From Chloroflexota bacterium (GTDB lineage: Bacteria; Chloroflexota; UBA6077; JACCZL01), in NCBI GenBank assembly GCA_046328115.1, contig JAXLXE010000002.1, positions 59,578 to 123,577 on the forward strand: a stretch of 64,000 nucleotides of DNA, in the 5' to 3' direction. The notes beneath the pieces are model-generated. The model had not been told where the DNA came from. It saw nothing but the letters and a program-made list of their open reading frames with translations, and searched no databases. Shown piece after piece: positions 38,237-48,823 of this stretch (within the stretch, counting starts at the first letter, position 1; each line of letters starts with the position of its first letter). Position numbers and translations under genes: made by a program.

Positions 38237-41200
38237 TCACCAGCGTAGCCACGCTGGCAACGGGCCCGGCTCGCCGGTTGGCCGTCTGAGCAGGTCACGC
38301 GCGAGCGATGAGCCACGCGCCAATCCGCGGGGCCACGCGATGGCGCCGATACCAACCCAGCCGATGGCGCTCAGGACCAGACCAACCCGGATAGAGGCCG
38401 GCTCAAAACGTAGCTCCACGGTATGCTCGCCCTTCGGAATGGCAACACCTCGGAACAGGTAGTTCGCCCGCCAGACCGGCGTCTCCACGCCGTCCACGTA
38501 CGCCCGCCAACCGGGGTAGTACGTGTCTGTCAGGATCACAAATCCGGGCTCGCTGGCAACCGTCCTGAGTTCGACGACCTCATTCGAATAGTGCTCGATG
38601 TGCGCATGACCGGCAGCCGGCTGCCTGTGGTTCGCGGGCTCGGCGAACTGGTCGCGCCTGGCGTGGACCAACGCGTCCCACTCCTCCGGATCCGATCCGA
38701 AGGCCTCCCATATCCACTCTTCCGCGGGCGGCTCCAACAGTAGCTGGCGTCGCAAGTCGAAGCCCCGATCAAGCATGCGGACGAGCGACCAGTCGTCGGG
38801 CTCAACGATGACGGCGTCCGAAGTCACGAAGGCTCTAGGGAGGACTTCGCGGTTCTCGTAGATCGCCACCTGGGCATCCTCAAACACTAGCTGGTACTTG
38901 GCCCGGTGGTGTCGCAGGATCGAACTGGTGCGCCCGGCCGCCCCATTGCCCAGGGCAAGTCCGACGAGACGCACCATGCCGCTGCCAATGGTCACCCTGG
39001 CATCTACCCGTTCCACCACGCGCTCACGGACCAGCGGGATATCTGCCGCGTACACGGTGCGCGGATGCACCCCGCCGAACGCATCTCGTGCTTCCCAAAC
39101 GTACGCCGCGCGGGCGCCGGTCGTCGACCCGAGACCTGGCACGTCCACGCGCCCCTCCGCGGTGTCTCTCCCCAGCGTGGCGTGCACCACCTCCGGCGGT
39201 TGCGAGCCCCCTGCCACGGCGAACTCAAGAACGCGCTCCCCGGCGGGCACTCCGGCCACGTCCTCCACGTACGAGAGCACACGCAGTGCATCCGCGTCAG
39301 TCCGGCCCACTCTGAAGCTCTCCGCGCCCAGCGGGCTGCCCGCGGCGCCCAGCAACAGCGGACTGTTGGGCTCAAAGAGCACGTCGCGCGCGGAAACACG
39401 GGCAGTGCGGCTCTTCGACTCAATGACGTAGCGGCCCTGCCATAGGTCAAGAAGCTCGTCGTCCACCTCATTGACGCGCGTCCAGTATCGCTCCATTCGA
39501 CGCGTGGGCAGCGAGCTATAGCCATATGTCTGAGAGATCCCAAACTGGAGCGGCCGATTGGTGACCATGGCGTCCGCGCGGCCAATCGTGAAGGCCCGCC
39601 AATCGCCGCCCCGCGCCGTGAGGAAGCGCATCGGGCCGGTGCTGCTCGTCAGCGTCTCGATCGACGCCGTTGGGTGGAAGGCATGCGCCACGAACAGCAG
39701 CTCGGCCAGCGAGAGCGTCAGAAGAGCCCCCCGGATAGGCAAATTCAGCGTTCGCCGCCTCAGCCAGAAGACGCCGGCCGCAACGACCGTGCCGGCGCTC
39801 AGCAGTGACAGGAGCATGCCCGGATGGTCGAGACTCAGGGCCAGCAAGAGGCCACGCTGCGCCGTCTCGACGGTGATCCCGGGGTCATGGCGGGGAAAGC
39901 TGGACAACCAGGTCTCCATGAGTTGTCGCGTCTCGCCGGGGAACTGGCGAACCAGGACAGCCGCCGTGGCGAGCCCCGCCAAAACGGACAGCGCAACCCC
40001 CACGACGACAGGCAATGCCTGTGCGGTGCGTCTGGGGCGGACGCCGCGAAACGCATCAAGGCCCACACCAGCGAGCGTGGCCAACACAAGCTCTGTGAGC
40101 AGTCCGTAGCGAGCCGGCACCCGCATTGAAGAAAATCCCGGCAACTGGCTTAGCGGCTGATAGAGATCAACGGGGGCGTGCTGCGCGAGCGAGAGAGAGA
40201 CCGAGAGCAACCCCACTGCAAGGAGCGGAACGGTGGCCCGTCGCGGGCCAGCCCAGCAACCCAGCGGCACCAGCAGCAGTGCCACCACACCCACAAAGGT
40301 GGATGTCTCCCAGTAAGGGTGAGCCGCCCACGCCGCCCGTGGTTCCGCGCGGAAGAAGTGCGGCAACAGCAGCGTGATCAGATCTGGCGGTGTGAGCGAT
40401 CCGCGAGAAGCGGCATCGTACGGAAGCGCCCCCGCCCGAGATGAGTGATACCCGAGCTCGTACGTAGGAATGAGCTGAACCGCGGCGCCGAGCAGACCCA
40501 TGCAGCAGATCGCGGCCAGCGTGAGGACCGGCAGCAGAATCCCGTGGCTCCAGAACGCGCCGGCGCCTCCACCACCGAGAGTGAACGCCACGGCCCGCGC
40601 CATAGTGTAGGTCCCTAGCCCCACCAGCACGACCAGCAGGATCTGGGGGTGCAAGCCAAGCCCAGATAGGGCCAGCGCGGCTCCACCCACCGCTAGCCAA
40701 GGCAGCGCTCGGCGCCGGGTGATCGCGCGATCCGCCGCTCCAAGGATGAATGGCAGCCACGCGGCGCTGCGGAGGATATTCGGGTGATCGAGATGCCCGA
40801 CCATGAACGCGCCAAGGCTGAACGACGTGGCCGCAAGAACGGCGCCCAGGCGCCCCACGTCCAATCCGCGAGCGAACCAGAACGCGCCTCCCGCCGCGAT
40901 GAAATAGTGCATGGATCGCACGGCGAGAAAGGCCGAGTCTGGCGGACTCGCAAGAAGTGAGAGGAGCGTCAGCGGATAGAAGAGCCCAATCTCGCCATCG
41001 GCGACGATCGGGTATCCGCCGAACACCAGGGGGCACCAGAGCGGAAACCGCCCCGCGGACAGTTCGGTGGCAACCCAGAACGTGAGCGGAAAATAGAACG
41101 CTGTCGTATCGCGTTCATGGCCATAGGTCCCCGCCACCACCGCGCGCCCAAACAGGCCGGTCAGCGCGAGCGCAATGATGACGTGTGCTGCCGCGTCCCG

Positions 41201-41245
41201 CGCCCGTGACTGGGTGTGGGCGCGATACCATGGCATCCCAGCCAC
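38237..41245 (-). CDS. YfhO-like giant polytopic membrane protein (putative GT-C glycosyltransferase)
   Basis: About 1000 aa. FYFPLTFW...PLWCPLVFGGYPIVADGEIGLFYPL. Paralogue of 56872-59853, including the C-terminal YYPGWRAYVDGVE block. Confidence 0.7.
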   Translation of the reverse strand: MAGMPWYRAHTQSRARDAAAHVIIALALTGLFGRAVVAGTYGHERDTTAFYFPLTFWVATELSAGRFPLWCPLVFGGYPIVADGEIGLFYPLTLLSLLASPPDSAFLAVRSMHYFIAAGGAFWFARGLDVGRLGAVLAATSFSLGAFMVGHLDHPNILRSAAWLPFILGAADRAITRRRALPWLAVGGAALALSGLGLHPQILLVVLVGLGTYTMARAVAFTLGGGGAGAFWSHGILLPVLTLAAICCMGLLGAAVQLIPTYELGYHSSRAGALPYDAASRGSLTPPDLITLLLPHFFRAEPRAAWAAHPYWETSTFVGVVALLLVPLGCWAGPRRATVPLLAVGLLSVSLSLAQHAPVDLYQPLSQLPGFSSMRVPARYGLLTELVLATLAGVGLDAFRGVRPRRTAQALPVVVGVALSVLAGLATAAVLVRQFPGETRQLMETWLSSFPRHDPGITVETAQRGLLLALSLDHPGMLLSLLSAGTVVAAGVFWLRRRTLNLPIRGALLTLSLAELLFVAHAFHPTASIETLTSSTGPMRFLTARGGDWRAFTIGRADAMVTNRPLQFGISQTYGYSSLPTRRMERYWTRVNEVDDELLDLWQGRYVIESKSRTARVSARDVLFEPNSPLLLGAAGSPLGAESFRVGRTDADALRVLSYVEDVAGVPAGERVLEFAVAGGSQPPEVVHATLGRDTAEGRVDVPGLGSTTGARAAYVWEARDAFGGVHPRTVYAADIPLVRERVVERVDARVTIGSGMVRLVGLALGNGAAGRTSSILRHHRAKYQLVFEDAQVAIYENREVLPRAFVTSDAVIVEPDDWSLVRMLDRGFDLRRQLLLEPPAEEWIWEAFGSDPEEWDALVHARRDQFAEPANHRQPAAGHAHIEHYSNEVVELRTVASEPGFVILTDTYYPGWRAYVDGVETPVWRANYLFRGVAIPKGEHTVELRFEPASIRVGLVLSAIGWVGIGAIAWPRGLARGSSLARDLLRRPTGEPGPLPAWLRW

Positions 41246-41513
41246 TCGCGCTCACACCTCCAGATTCACACCAACTCAGACCAGTCGCGCTGTGGCCCGG
41301 CGCCTCGGAGCGCCTGCGCGCATGCGGCAACCGAACCGGCAGAAGCGTAGCGCACGCAGTCCCAAATGTAAAGACTCTTAACAATTGGCAGCAACGATTC
41401 CGGCCAGGCGGGCATGAGGCGCCGATGTGGGGCAGCTTCGCGCGGCGCGGACACCCGCGGATGTTCCGCCGCGGCCGTCGCCGGCGGTTCGGTGACGCCA
41501 GGGTATGACAGAC

Positions 41514-42965
41514 CTAGGGAGCCAGGTACTGCGCCGCGACCCAACCGGCTGCGCCGGCGCGATCACGCACGTTCTTCCACACGCGTCCGCCGACCTCCTG
41601 GTCCGGTCCGATCGTCTCCACGAGGACTCCCTCTGGGAGCAGCTTGATGCGCCGACCCGTGGGGGAAGGTTCGGCGCGCAGAACCAGGCCGGCACCATCA
41701 GTCCGCGCCACTTTCAGCGTAGACGTCGATGGCGGGTCAGCGGCCGGCGGGGCACCGGGGGACGAATCCGCGGCGGCCGTGGACACCACGGCGCTGGTGT
41801 CGGCTACGAGCGGGGGGATCTCTGGCACGGTTGCCGCGGGAGGCGTGGCGCTCGGGGCGGATGGTGGAGCGGCAGCGGAGCGCGCGGCGCTCGCCGCGGC
41901 CCTCTCGGTGTCTTCTTCCCGCATCCGCTTGAACGCTTTGTATGCTGCCCGTGGCGAGTGATCCTTGTTCAGGATGGCAAACCACGGCATCCCGTCTTGC
42001 GGCCCGGTGTGATAAGGCGACGTGCTGGCATCCAGATTCGAAAGCAGCAACCCACCAAGCCACGGCCAGTTTGCTCGCCCGTACCGGTACGCGCGCACGA
42101 TGTACTCAGCCTGGCGCTCCGCCGACACCCGCATCCAGTCGTACTGGCCCATGTGCTTCCCGCCGTCCAGCAACCAGCCAAACTCGGTGCTCCAGATGGG
42201 CGTCTTTGCGTCGCCGGCGTCCACCATGATTTGACGATAACGCTCGTTGCGACGGAAACAGATCTGACAGGCTGCTGGGTCTGCCTCTGGCTCAAAGTTC
42301 CCACCGTAGTTGTGAGCCGCGAGCGCATCCATATTCCCGCGGAGGCCAGCCGCGTACATCCCGCGCAGAAACTCGAGGTCATCCACCTCCGCGGCGGGTG
42401 AGAGACCGCCGGCCAGGACCAACGCATCCGGGTCGCCCCGCTTCACCCCACGATAGGCAGCCTTGACGTACGCCGTGTACGCCGAGGCAGACGGCGGACC
42501 GCCCCACTCGAACGGAAGATTAGGCTCGTTGAGAATCTCGTATCCGGCCACCCTTCCCCGCGCGTACGTAGCAATCGCCTCGTAAAAGCTGGCAACCGCG
42601 TCCAGGTTTGCTCCCGCGGGAGAACCACCAGCCCAGTCAGGAACTCCGTCCACGCGCAGGACTAGACTCATCTCCTCCGCGTTCGCCGCCTTGAGGAGGT
42701 TGTCCAGATCGTTCTCTCGAGTGTCCGCCCAGGTGTATCTGCCGCGTTTGGGCTCCACTCGTGGCCACTGCAGCATCATTTTGGCATGGGTGAAGCCCGC
42801 CTCTCGGGCCAACTGCATGCTCCGCGGGTTGGTGGTGTCAACAATCACGCCGTGGGCAGGCTCGGACGCTTGAGCGGTGACCACGATCATGGGGCAAAAT
42901 GCGCTCGAAGCCAGCGCGATCGCCGCGACCACCAGATTCACCCGCACAGCATCTCCTCGCGGCAT
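41514..42965 (-). CDS. Secreted GH5-like TIM-barrel protein with Ala/Pro linker and C-terminal SH3b-like domain
   Basis: YEILNEPNLPFEWGG. C-terminus LKVARTDGAGLVLRAEPS...GWVAAQYLAP. Start taken at ATG 42965. Confidence 0.7.
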   Translation of the reverse strand: MPRGDAVRVNLVVAAIALASSAFCPMIVVTAQASEPAHGVIVDTTNPRSMQLAREAGFTHAKMMLQWPRVEPKRGRYTWADTRENDLDNLLKAANAEEMSLVLRVDGVPDWAGGSPAGANLDAVASFYEAIATYARGRVAGYEILNEPNLPFEWGGPPSASAYTAYVKAAYRGVKRGDPDALVLAGGLSPAAEVDDLEFLRGMYAAGLRGNMDALAAHNYGGNFEPEADPAACQICFRRNERYRQIMVDAGDAKTPIWSTEFGWLLDGGKHMGQYDWMRVSAERQAEYIVRAYRYGRANWPWLGGLLLSNLDASTSPYHTGPQDGMPWFAILNKDHSPRAAYKAFKRMREEDTERAAASAARSAAAPPSAPSATPPAATVPEIPPLVADTSAVVSTAAADSSPGAPPAADPPSTSTLKVARTDGAGLVLRAEPSPTGRRIKLLPEGVLVETIGPDQEVGGRVWKNVRDRAGAAGWVAAQYLAP

Positions 42966-43069
42966 CCTAGCTCCGGACCGGGCGCCGAACGCAGCGCCAA
43001 ATCGCCAGCCGACCACCGTCCGCCACATCTACCGACTTCTCAAACGGACGGTGACGCCACCGGACGCGG

Positions 43070-43702
43070 CTACTCTCCGCTGGGAACGATCGCCCCCAAC
43101 ACCCACTTCACGGCGCCGCAGGCCGGCTCGTAGACGTGGCAGCCTATCTCCACCAGGTCAGTGAATGTCGCCGCCACGTAGAACTTCAGCGCCTTGCCCA
43201 GGAAGCACGCGAGCGCAAACCTGAAGGCCGAGTACCGCATGACCCCCGCTGCAAACCCAATGGCATCAAACAGCGGGTTCGGAATGAACGCGAAGAACGC
43301 GACGCACCAGAAACCGTACGTGCGCATCCAGTATTCGGCTTTGTCAAACCACTTCCCGCGGGCGATGAGATCCCGACCGCTCACGCCAACCAGGTAGCCA
43401 GTCAGCTCACCCAGGGCCGCCGCGACGCCCGACGTTCCAGCTAGGAGCCACGGATCCAATCCACCATCAACGTGCGCCCGCCACACGATCAGGAGGTACG
43501 GGATGGGCAGGATGAAGCTTGCCGTCGCGACGAACACGACCACGGCGACACCGAGGTAGCCCCAGGCGCCGACTTTGTCCCACGGAATCGGGATGAAGAG
43601 GAACACCGCGCTCAGCCCGGCCAGCGCGCACAGCGTCAGCAAAAGCCGCACCGCGGACCGGCGCTGAGCTCCCTGCTGGCCTCCTGAGGAGACGGGACTC
43701 AC
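43070..43702 (-). CDS. DedA/VTT (SNARE-associated) family membrane protein
   Basis: LGELTGYLVG...FFAFIPNPLFDAIGFAAGV pattern. Confidence 0.75.
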   Translation of the reverse strand: MSPVSSGGQQGAQRRSAVRLLLTLCALAGLSAVFLFIPIPWDKVGAWGYLGVAVVVFVATASFILPIPYLLIVWRAHVDGGLDPWLLAGTSGVAAALGELTGYLVGVSGRDLIARGKWFDKAEYWMRTYGFWCVAFFAFIPNPLFDAIGFAAGVMRYSAFRFALACFLGKALKFYVAATFTDLVEIGCHVYEPACGAVKWVLGAIVPSGE

Positions 43703-43895
43703 CGGCTCGCCGGCACCCTCTTCGGGGTCACGAGCATCGCGGAGCCGTGCAACCGATCAGTTCACTCAACCTCGTACGCCGACCATACGTCACGAGCCGT
43801 CCAGCGTGGACGGCTCGCGGCGATTATAGGCAGCAACACCAATGGTGGCACAACGAATGTCTCGCCACCGTCGCACCGGCACCGGAAGGGGTCGG

Positions 43896-44597
43896 TTAGG
43901 TGCTGGCCCCGGCCTGCTGCCAGATGGCGCGCAGTGGATCCTTGCCATCGTCGATGGCGGCGAGACCCTGACGACTCATCTCGTCCGCTGGGTCCAGATC
44001 GCGCGCCCGGCCCCAGTGCTCTTTGGCACGCGAGATCCTGCCCCGATAGGCGTATTCAAATCCCAACAGGGTATGCGCGGGCGCCAGGTCTGGATTGAGC
44101 CGAGCGGCCTCCTCCAGCTCAGCCAACGCGGCATCGCCCTGATCGAGCGCGAGATACAGCCGACCCAGCGTCAGCCGCAGCTCGGAATCCCGCGGATACC
44201 GGCGCACCAGCCGCTCCGCCTTCTGAAGCTCGCGCACGTCAGCAAGCTCACCATCATCCAGAGAGGCGTCCTGCGCGGCCGCGACTTCCAGGTGCGCCAG
44301 CGCCAGATTGAGTTTTCTGGCCGCGACCAGCGCCAGCCCTAGCTGCCAGCGGACCTTCGCATCGTTCACGTCTTCCTCGAGCATCGCACGCAGCTCATCC
44401 ACGTCAGCCGCCGTGGGCAGCGGCTCAACGGGACGCGGCATTCGCTCGATTGACGCTACAGTTGGCGCGGGGGATGTCTCAGTGACTGGAGCGGGACTGA
44501 TGGACAGCTCAAGCGGGCTGTCCTCTGGTGAGCGGCGCCGCAGCCAGCGCAATGCTGACGGCAGGAAATCGCCACCCCCCATCAGTTTCCCGAGCAT
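43896..44597 (-). CDS. TPR repeat protein
   Basis: Repeated A-x-x-x-L-E/A-x-A-x-x-L-D/N-P helices. ATG after GGAGGG. Confidence 0.6.
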   Translation of the reverse strand: MLGKLMGGGDFLPSALRWLRRRSPEDSPLELSISPAPVTETSPAPTVASIERMPRPVEPLPTAADVDELRAMLEEDVNDAKVRWQLGLALVAARKLNLALAHLEVAAAQDASLDDGELADVRELQKAERLVRRYPRDSELRLTLGRLYLALDQGDAALAELEEAARLNPDLAPAHTLLGFEYAYRGRISRAKEHWGRARDLDPADEMSRQGLAAIDDGKDPLRAIWQQAGAST

Positions 44598-44728
44598 CCC
44601 AATCCCTCCTGCCCCACAACCAGAGACCCTCGGCCAGACACGCCAGGTCAGGGGCTGAACAGCTTATCAACCCCGCCCGGGCACGTCAACCTCAGGCGAT
44701 TGTTAAGACGTCCTTACAATTCTACCGC

Positions 44729-46126
44729 ATGGCCAGGCGGCCGTCTATCCGGAGAAAGGGCACGAGTGCGGGAACCAGTGAAGTGCCCACACCATCCTCC
44801 AGAACCCGAACACCCGGCCTTCGCAGCCGACGACTACGGATCCGTACCGTGTTGACGCGCGGCGGCGCCGGGAGGATCCTGGCGCCCACAATTGGACTCC
44901 TGATGGTACTCGCTGCCGCCCTCCCCCCACGATTGCACACGGACAGCGCATCACCCCGTTCCCAGGCGTACCGCGAGCTGGCGACACGGATTCAGGCAGC
45001 GACCTGGCAGAAGCTCGCATTTCTGGACGGGGCACCCAGTTGCTCCTCCGCATCCAGAGTCACCTACCGGCGCGATCTCGTCAACACGTCCATCAGCGAC
45101 CACTGGTACGTGGCACTGCAGGTTCGCGCCGATGCTGCACTGGCGCGACTGAACCGCCCTGACCTGCAGTGCAACGTGCTGAAAGCGGGCGCCTGGATGG
45201 AGCCGCTTTGGGACAGCGCACTCGAGGGATTCGCGCCGAGAGCCGATTTGGACGGGACCAATCCAACGGTAGTGGACATATACGCGGATGACAACGCCGT
45301 AATCGCGCGGGCGTTCCTAGCGATCGCTCAGTCCGCGCCAACCGCCGCCGGGCGGCAGCGAGCGATTGACAATGCCACGCGCGCGACGGCCTATCTCGCG
45401 CCGGGACACCTGTGGGACGACACGTACGGCGGTGGCGTCTGGTGGAACAACCAGCGTGACCGCGAGCGTGAGGGAAAGCCAGGCCAGGCAACAGCACTGT
45501 TCGCGCTCGCGGCGGCAGAGCTGTTCGTGGAGACCGGCGAGCCGCGGTTCCGAGACTGGGCAGAGTCTGCGCTCGCATGGCTGCAAGGCAGACTCTGGAG
45601 CCCCCATCACCAGCTATACGCGTACAGCGTTGGAGGCGACCCGGCCAACCCCAGAGTTGCACAACGGTACTTTGGCTACGATCAGGCCATAGTGATCCAG
45701 ACGGTGCTGGCGCTCAACCGCCGCGAGTTCCGGCAGGACCGCCTGGATCTCGCGCGCGCGCTTGCGTCACGGATCGAATTACGATTGCTCCACGCGGACA
45801 CGGCCGCATACACACTGGAGGCTGACGGACGCGAGGTGTACACCCCGTACGCCGCCTGGATGATCGAGAGCCTCATCGATCTGTACGAGGCAGATGGCGA
45901 CGCCGCGTGGCTAGCCATCGCGACACAGCGATTCCGCGCGATCGAGCGGCTCATGGATCTGGGCGACGGCTCGTACGCCATGCTGGCATTCCCGTGCGGC
46001 TCAAGGCCGGGCATGAACTGCCTACCGGGCGAACGCTACGGCCGGGACACCATCGTGTACGGTATGACCCAGGCAATGATGCAGCAGGTGGCCACGAGGC
46101 TCGCGGCAGCGTACGGCACGCGATGA
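44729..46126 (+). CDS. GH76-like (alpha/alpha)6-barrel protein, membrane-anchored or secreted
   Basis: Start re-placed at ATG 44729. N-terminal TM ILAPTIGLLMVLAAAL. DDTYGGGVWWNNQ motif typical of GH76-type proteins. Confidence 0.6.
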   Translation: MARRPSIRRKGTSAGTSEVPTPSSRTRTPGLRSRRLRIRTVLTRGGAGRILAPTIGLLMVLAAALPPRLHTDSASPRSQAYRELATRIQAATWQKLAFLDGAPSCSSASRVTYRRDLVNTSISDHWYVALQVRADAALARLNRPDLQCNVLKAGAWMEPLWDSALEGFAPRADLDGTNPTVVDIYADDNAVIARAFLAIAQSAPTAAGRQRAIDNATRATAYLAPGHLWDDTYGGGVWWNNQRDREREGKPGQATALFALAAAELFVETGEPRFRDWAESALAWLQGRLWSPHHQLYAYSVGGDPANPRVAQRYFGYDQAIVIQTVLALNRREFRQDRLDLARALASRIELRLLHADTAAYTLEADGREVYTPYAAWMIESLIDLYEADGDAAWLAIATQRFRAIERLMDLGDGSYAMLAFPCGSRPGMNCLPGERYGRDTIVYGMTQAMMQQVATRLAAAYGTR

Positions 46127-46202
46127 GACCCGCGGCTGACCGCGCGCGACGGGTCACGCCAGCCAGACGCGGCGCCACCATACATGAGACCTGGGAACGG
46201 GC

Positions 46203-46577
46203 ATGCGAAAGATCAGGATCACGGCCGGCGAGACTACCCAGCAGGCCACGCTGAATGACACACGGACCGCGTCGCTGATCTGGGACGCCTTGCCATTGGA
46301 AGAATCGGGAAGCCGCTGGGGCGACGAGATCTACTTTGGCATCCCGGTTTCAGCCGGCACGGAAGCAGGCCAGCCCGTGGTGGACGCGGGAGATCTGGCC
46401 TACTGGGAGCCCGGGAACGCCCTCTGCATCTTCTGGGGCCCTACGCCCGCCAGCCGCGGCGCGGAGATCCGACCTTACAGCCCGGTCACGGTGTTTGGCA
46501 GGCTGGATGGTGATCCGCGGGACTTTGACGGATTTCGCTCCGGCACCCCGGTGCGCGTGGAGCGTGTTGAGCCGTAG
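46203..46577 (+). CDS. Cyclophilin-like fold protein (TM1367/PF04126-like)
   Basis: MRKIRITAGETTQQATLNDTRTASLIWDALP...GDLAYWEPGNALCIFWGP. Confidence 0.65.
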   Translation: MRKIRITAGETTQQATLNDTRTASLIWDALPLEESGSRWGDEIYFGIPVSAGTEAGQPVVDAGDLAYWEPGNALCIFWGPTPASRGAEIRPYSPVTVFGRLDGDPRDFDGFRSGTPVRVERVEP

Positions 46578-46586
46578 GTGGCGCCG

Positions 46587-47282
46587 TCAGCCAAGCAGCG
46601 ACCGAGTACGGCGGGTGATTGAGCCGTCCTGGATGTACCGGTAGACATTGTCCCCTGGGCACGCTGTGGAGACATGATCACGGTGTCCGGTCACGGGCAG
46701 GTCAGGCAAGCTGTACTGCTTGAACACCCACGCGGCAGTCTGACACACGGACGACAACTGCGCCTCTGTGGGTTGCTGCGTTCCGTAGTCGCCAAGCAGA
46801 CAGATCAGCACGTACCCCATTGCGTCGTAAAAGCGCGACGGGTTCCCCCTCACCGTAGCTGGTCGGCCAGCCCAGACAACGCCGTCTAGGTCTACGAGGA
46901 AATGGTAGGCAATATCCTCCCACTCCCGTTCCGGCCCTACGTGAAAGGTCTGGATGTTGCGCAGGTACTGCTCCGGGCCTGGGCGCCCGGAATATGCGCT
47001 TCCGGTGTGGTGCACGGAGACACGGGCGGGCGTGTGCGCCACGTAGGGCTGCGCCTGGGGCGCTGCATTCCACGCCTCGCGCGGCCGAACAAAAGGCGGG
47101 ATCTCTGCCGCGACCAACCTGGGCGGGACGATCGCCCCCGACGGGCGGACGGGCGGCCGAAAGATGGGGACGACACCGTCGTCGGCCGCGCGCACCCGAG
47201 AGGCGGTCACGCCGCCGATCAGGCCAAGCGTCGCCGCCGCGGCCTTCAGAAGGCGCCGTCGCGCCTTGCCATCACCGTTCAT
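46587..47282 (-). CDS. N-acetylmuramoyl-L-alanine amidase (Amidase_2/PGRP fold), Tat signal
   Basis: RRRLLKAAAATLGLIGG signal. VHHTGS...IAYHFLVD...GHRDHVSTACPG. Confidence 0.8.
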   Translation of the reverse strand: MNGDGKARRRLLKAAAATLGLIGGVTASRVRAADDGVVPIFRPPVRPSGAIVPPRLVAAEIPPFVRPREAWNAAPQAQPYVAHTPARVSVHHTGSAYSGRPGPEQYLRNIQTFHVGPEREWEDIAYHFLVDLDGVVWAGRPATVRGNPSRFYDAMGYVLICLLGDYGTQQPTEAQLSSVCQTAAWVFKQYSLPDLPVTGHRDHVSTACPGDNVYRYIQDGSITRRTRSLLG

Positions 47283-47378
47283 CGCTGTCACCAGCGCACG
47301 TTCGCGCCAGGCGAAGCGTACCCGCAACTCGCGCTCTGTGAACCGCCCGATGTTGGCACGTTCGCGCGGCGACGGGCG

Positions 47379-48068
47379 TCAGCGCCGTGCGCCGCCGAGG
47401 CGAGCGGCATCTGCCTTGGCCTTGGACGCAAGGTCACCCAGCGTAGAGCGGGACTCGGCGGTCTGGTCGTACGCCCCGGAGCGCACCATGTGTTCAACCA
47501 GGTCAAGAAGCGCAGGCACCTCCAACGAGGCCGTGCTGGCGACCAGGGAATGATGCGTAGAATCCAGCCAGTCCTTCTGGAACATGTACCGGACGTACGC
47601 GCTCCGATCGCGATCCGACCGGCGGACGATGTCTTCTGCCTGCTCCCGCGTCATTGGGCCGGGCTTGCCGCCCGCACCCCGCTCCATGATTCGAGCGATT
47701 CGCAATGGCACTGGACACGTGACCAGGAGGCGGAGCGCGTGCGAGACATCTCCCAGTAGCATGCCGGTCCCCCGACCCAGGAACACCACGTTGTCCGCCA
47801 GCGCCACATCGTAGACCACGGCACGCAGCAGGACGTTGTAGCGGCGACGGTCCTGGTCCAGCCGCTCCAGAAGACCTGGGCGGCGCTCGAGCAGCTCAGG
47901 CGCTGCCGGGTTGATACCGCCGAATCGAGCCGACTCCTCGATGAGCGCTTTCATGTCGAGCAGGCGGTAACCCAGCCGGGTAGCCAGTCCGCGCGCGACG
48001 TCGCCGCCCCAGCTACCTTCCTCCCGGGACACCGATATCAGTGCCACTGCGCCCTCCGCGCGCGCCAA
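47379..48068 (-). CDS. Cytidylate-kinase-like family protein (PF13189-like)
   Basis: ISVSREEGSWGGDVA degenerate P-loop, typical of this family. Confidence 0.55.
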   Translation of the reverse strand: MARAEGAVALISVSREEGSWGGDVARGLATRLGYRLLDMKALIEESARFGGINPAAPELLERRPGLLERLDQDRRRYNVLLRAVVYDVALADNVVFLGRGTGMLLGDVSHALRLLVTCPVPLRIARIMERGAGGKPGPMTREQAEDIVRRSDRDRSAYVRYMFQKDWLDSTHHSLVASTASLEVPALLDLVEHMVRSGAYDQTAESRSTLGDLASKAKADAARLGGARR

Positions 48069-48161
48069 CGGCGCGACGCGCCGATTGTACCAGAGGCTCC
48101 GCCTGCTTCTGACCGGCGGTGAGCCCGCGGTGAACGGAGAGCGATGTCATCCATCCGCCCG

Positions 48162-48635
48162 TTACAGATCCTCATGTTGGCGCACGCGCAAGCGCTGACG
48201 CTGCTCACGGACCGCCTGCCGGATCAACTCCTTGACCTGCTCAGGCTCGGCGACGTCGTGCAGCAACACGCGTGGTGACGTGGCATCGGTGGTCACCACG
48301 GACACGTTGCCGATCCCCAGCGCACGCTGGGCGAGGCTCTGCTCTACCGTCACGTCGCGCACGCGCGTCAACTCCACCTCGTCCACGGTGCGACTCAGAA
48401 GGCCCTTGACGGTGCGGAGCCGCTCAGAGGTCAACTCATAGTGAACAGCGTGCGCTTCAATGGGATTCAGCACACCGTGTGGCTGACCCTCCCATAGGAG
48501 CGCTTCCGCGACCGGTTCAGCGACCGGCACGGCAACCGCCCTGGGCGTCACATCAGGCCGAAGCGGCTTCCCGCACTGAGAGCAGTAGCGGGCATCTGCC
48601 CCATGTTCGCTCCCGCACTCGCTGCAAAACGGCAT
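48162..48635 (-). CDS. Zinc-ribbon + bacterial PH (bPH_2/YdbS-like) domain protein
   Basis: MPFCSECG...YCSQCGKPL, then LTSERLRTVKGLLSRTVDEVELTRVRDVTVEQSLAQRALGIGNV. Confidence 0.6.
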   Translation of the reverse strand: MPFCSECGSEHGADARYCSQCGKPLRPDVTPRAVAVPVAEPVAEALLWEGQPHGVLNPIEAHAVHYELTSERLRTVKGLLSRTVDEVELTRVRDVTVEQSLAQRALGIGNVSVVTTDATSPRVLLHDVAEPEQVKELIRQAVREQRQRLRVRQHEDL

Positions 48636-48823
48636 GCGACCACACCTCCTGCACGGGGCTGCCCCGCTGGTTGAGTATAGAGGCGGCAGATGAGCTTGGA
48701 CGCGAGGAGTGACCGTAGCAGTCGGAACAAAGACTTTCTGTCCGTGACCTTCATGAAATCTTCACTTGCTCAAATGTAGGCTGCGCGGCATGATCACGTG
48801 GGTCATCCAAACGAAACGAGCAC

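Noticed and set aside
40167-41036. 289 aa alternative-frame minus-strand ORF inside the YfhO-like gene
   Set aside because: It is an Arg/Gly/Pro-rich off-frame product. The main frame encodes coherent TM helices with a paralogue elsewhere in the window.
44528-44728. 5' extension of the GH76-like ORF overlapping the TPR gene start
   Set aside because: It overlaps the divergent TPR gene and its SD. ATG 44729 gives a basic N-terminus plus a TM anchor, as expected.
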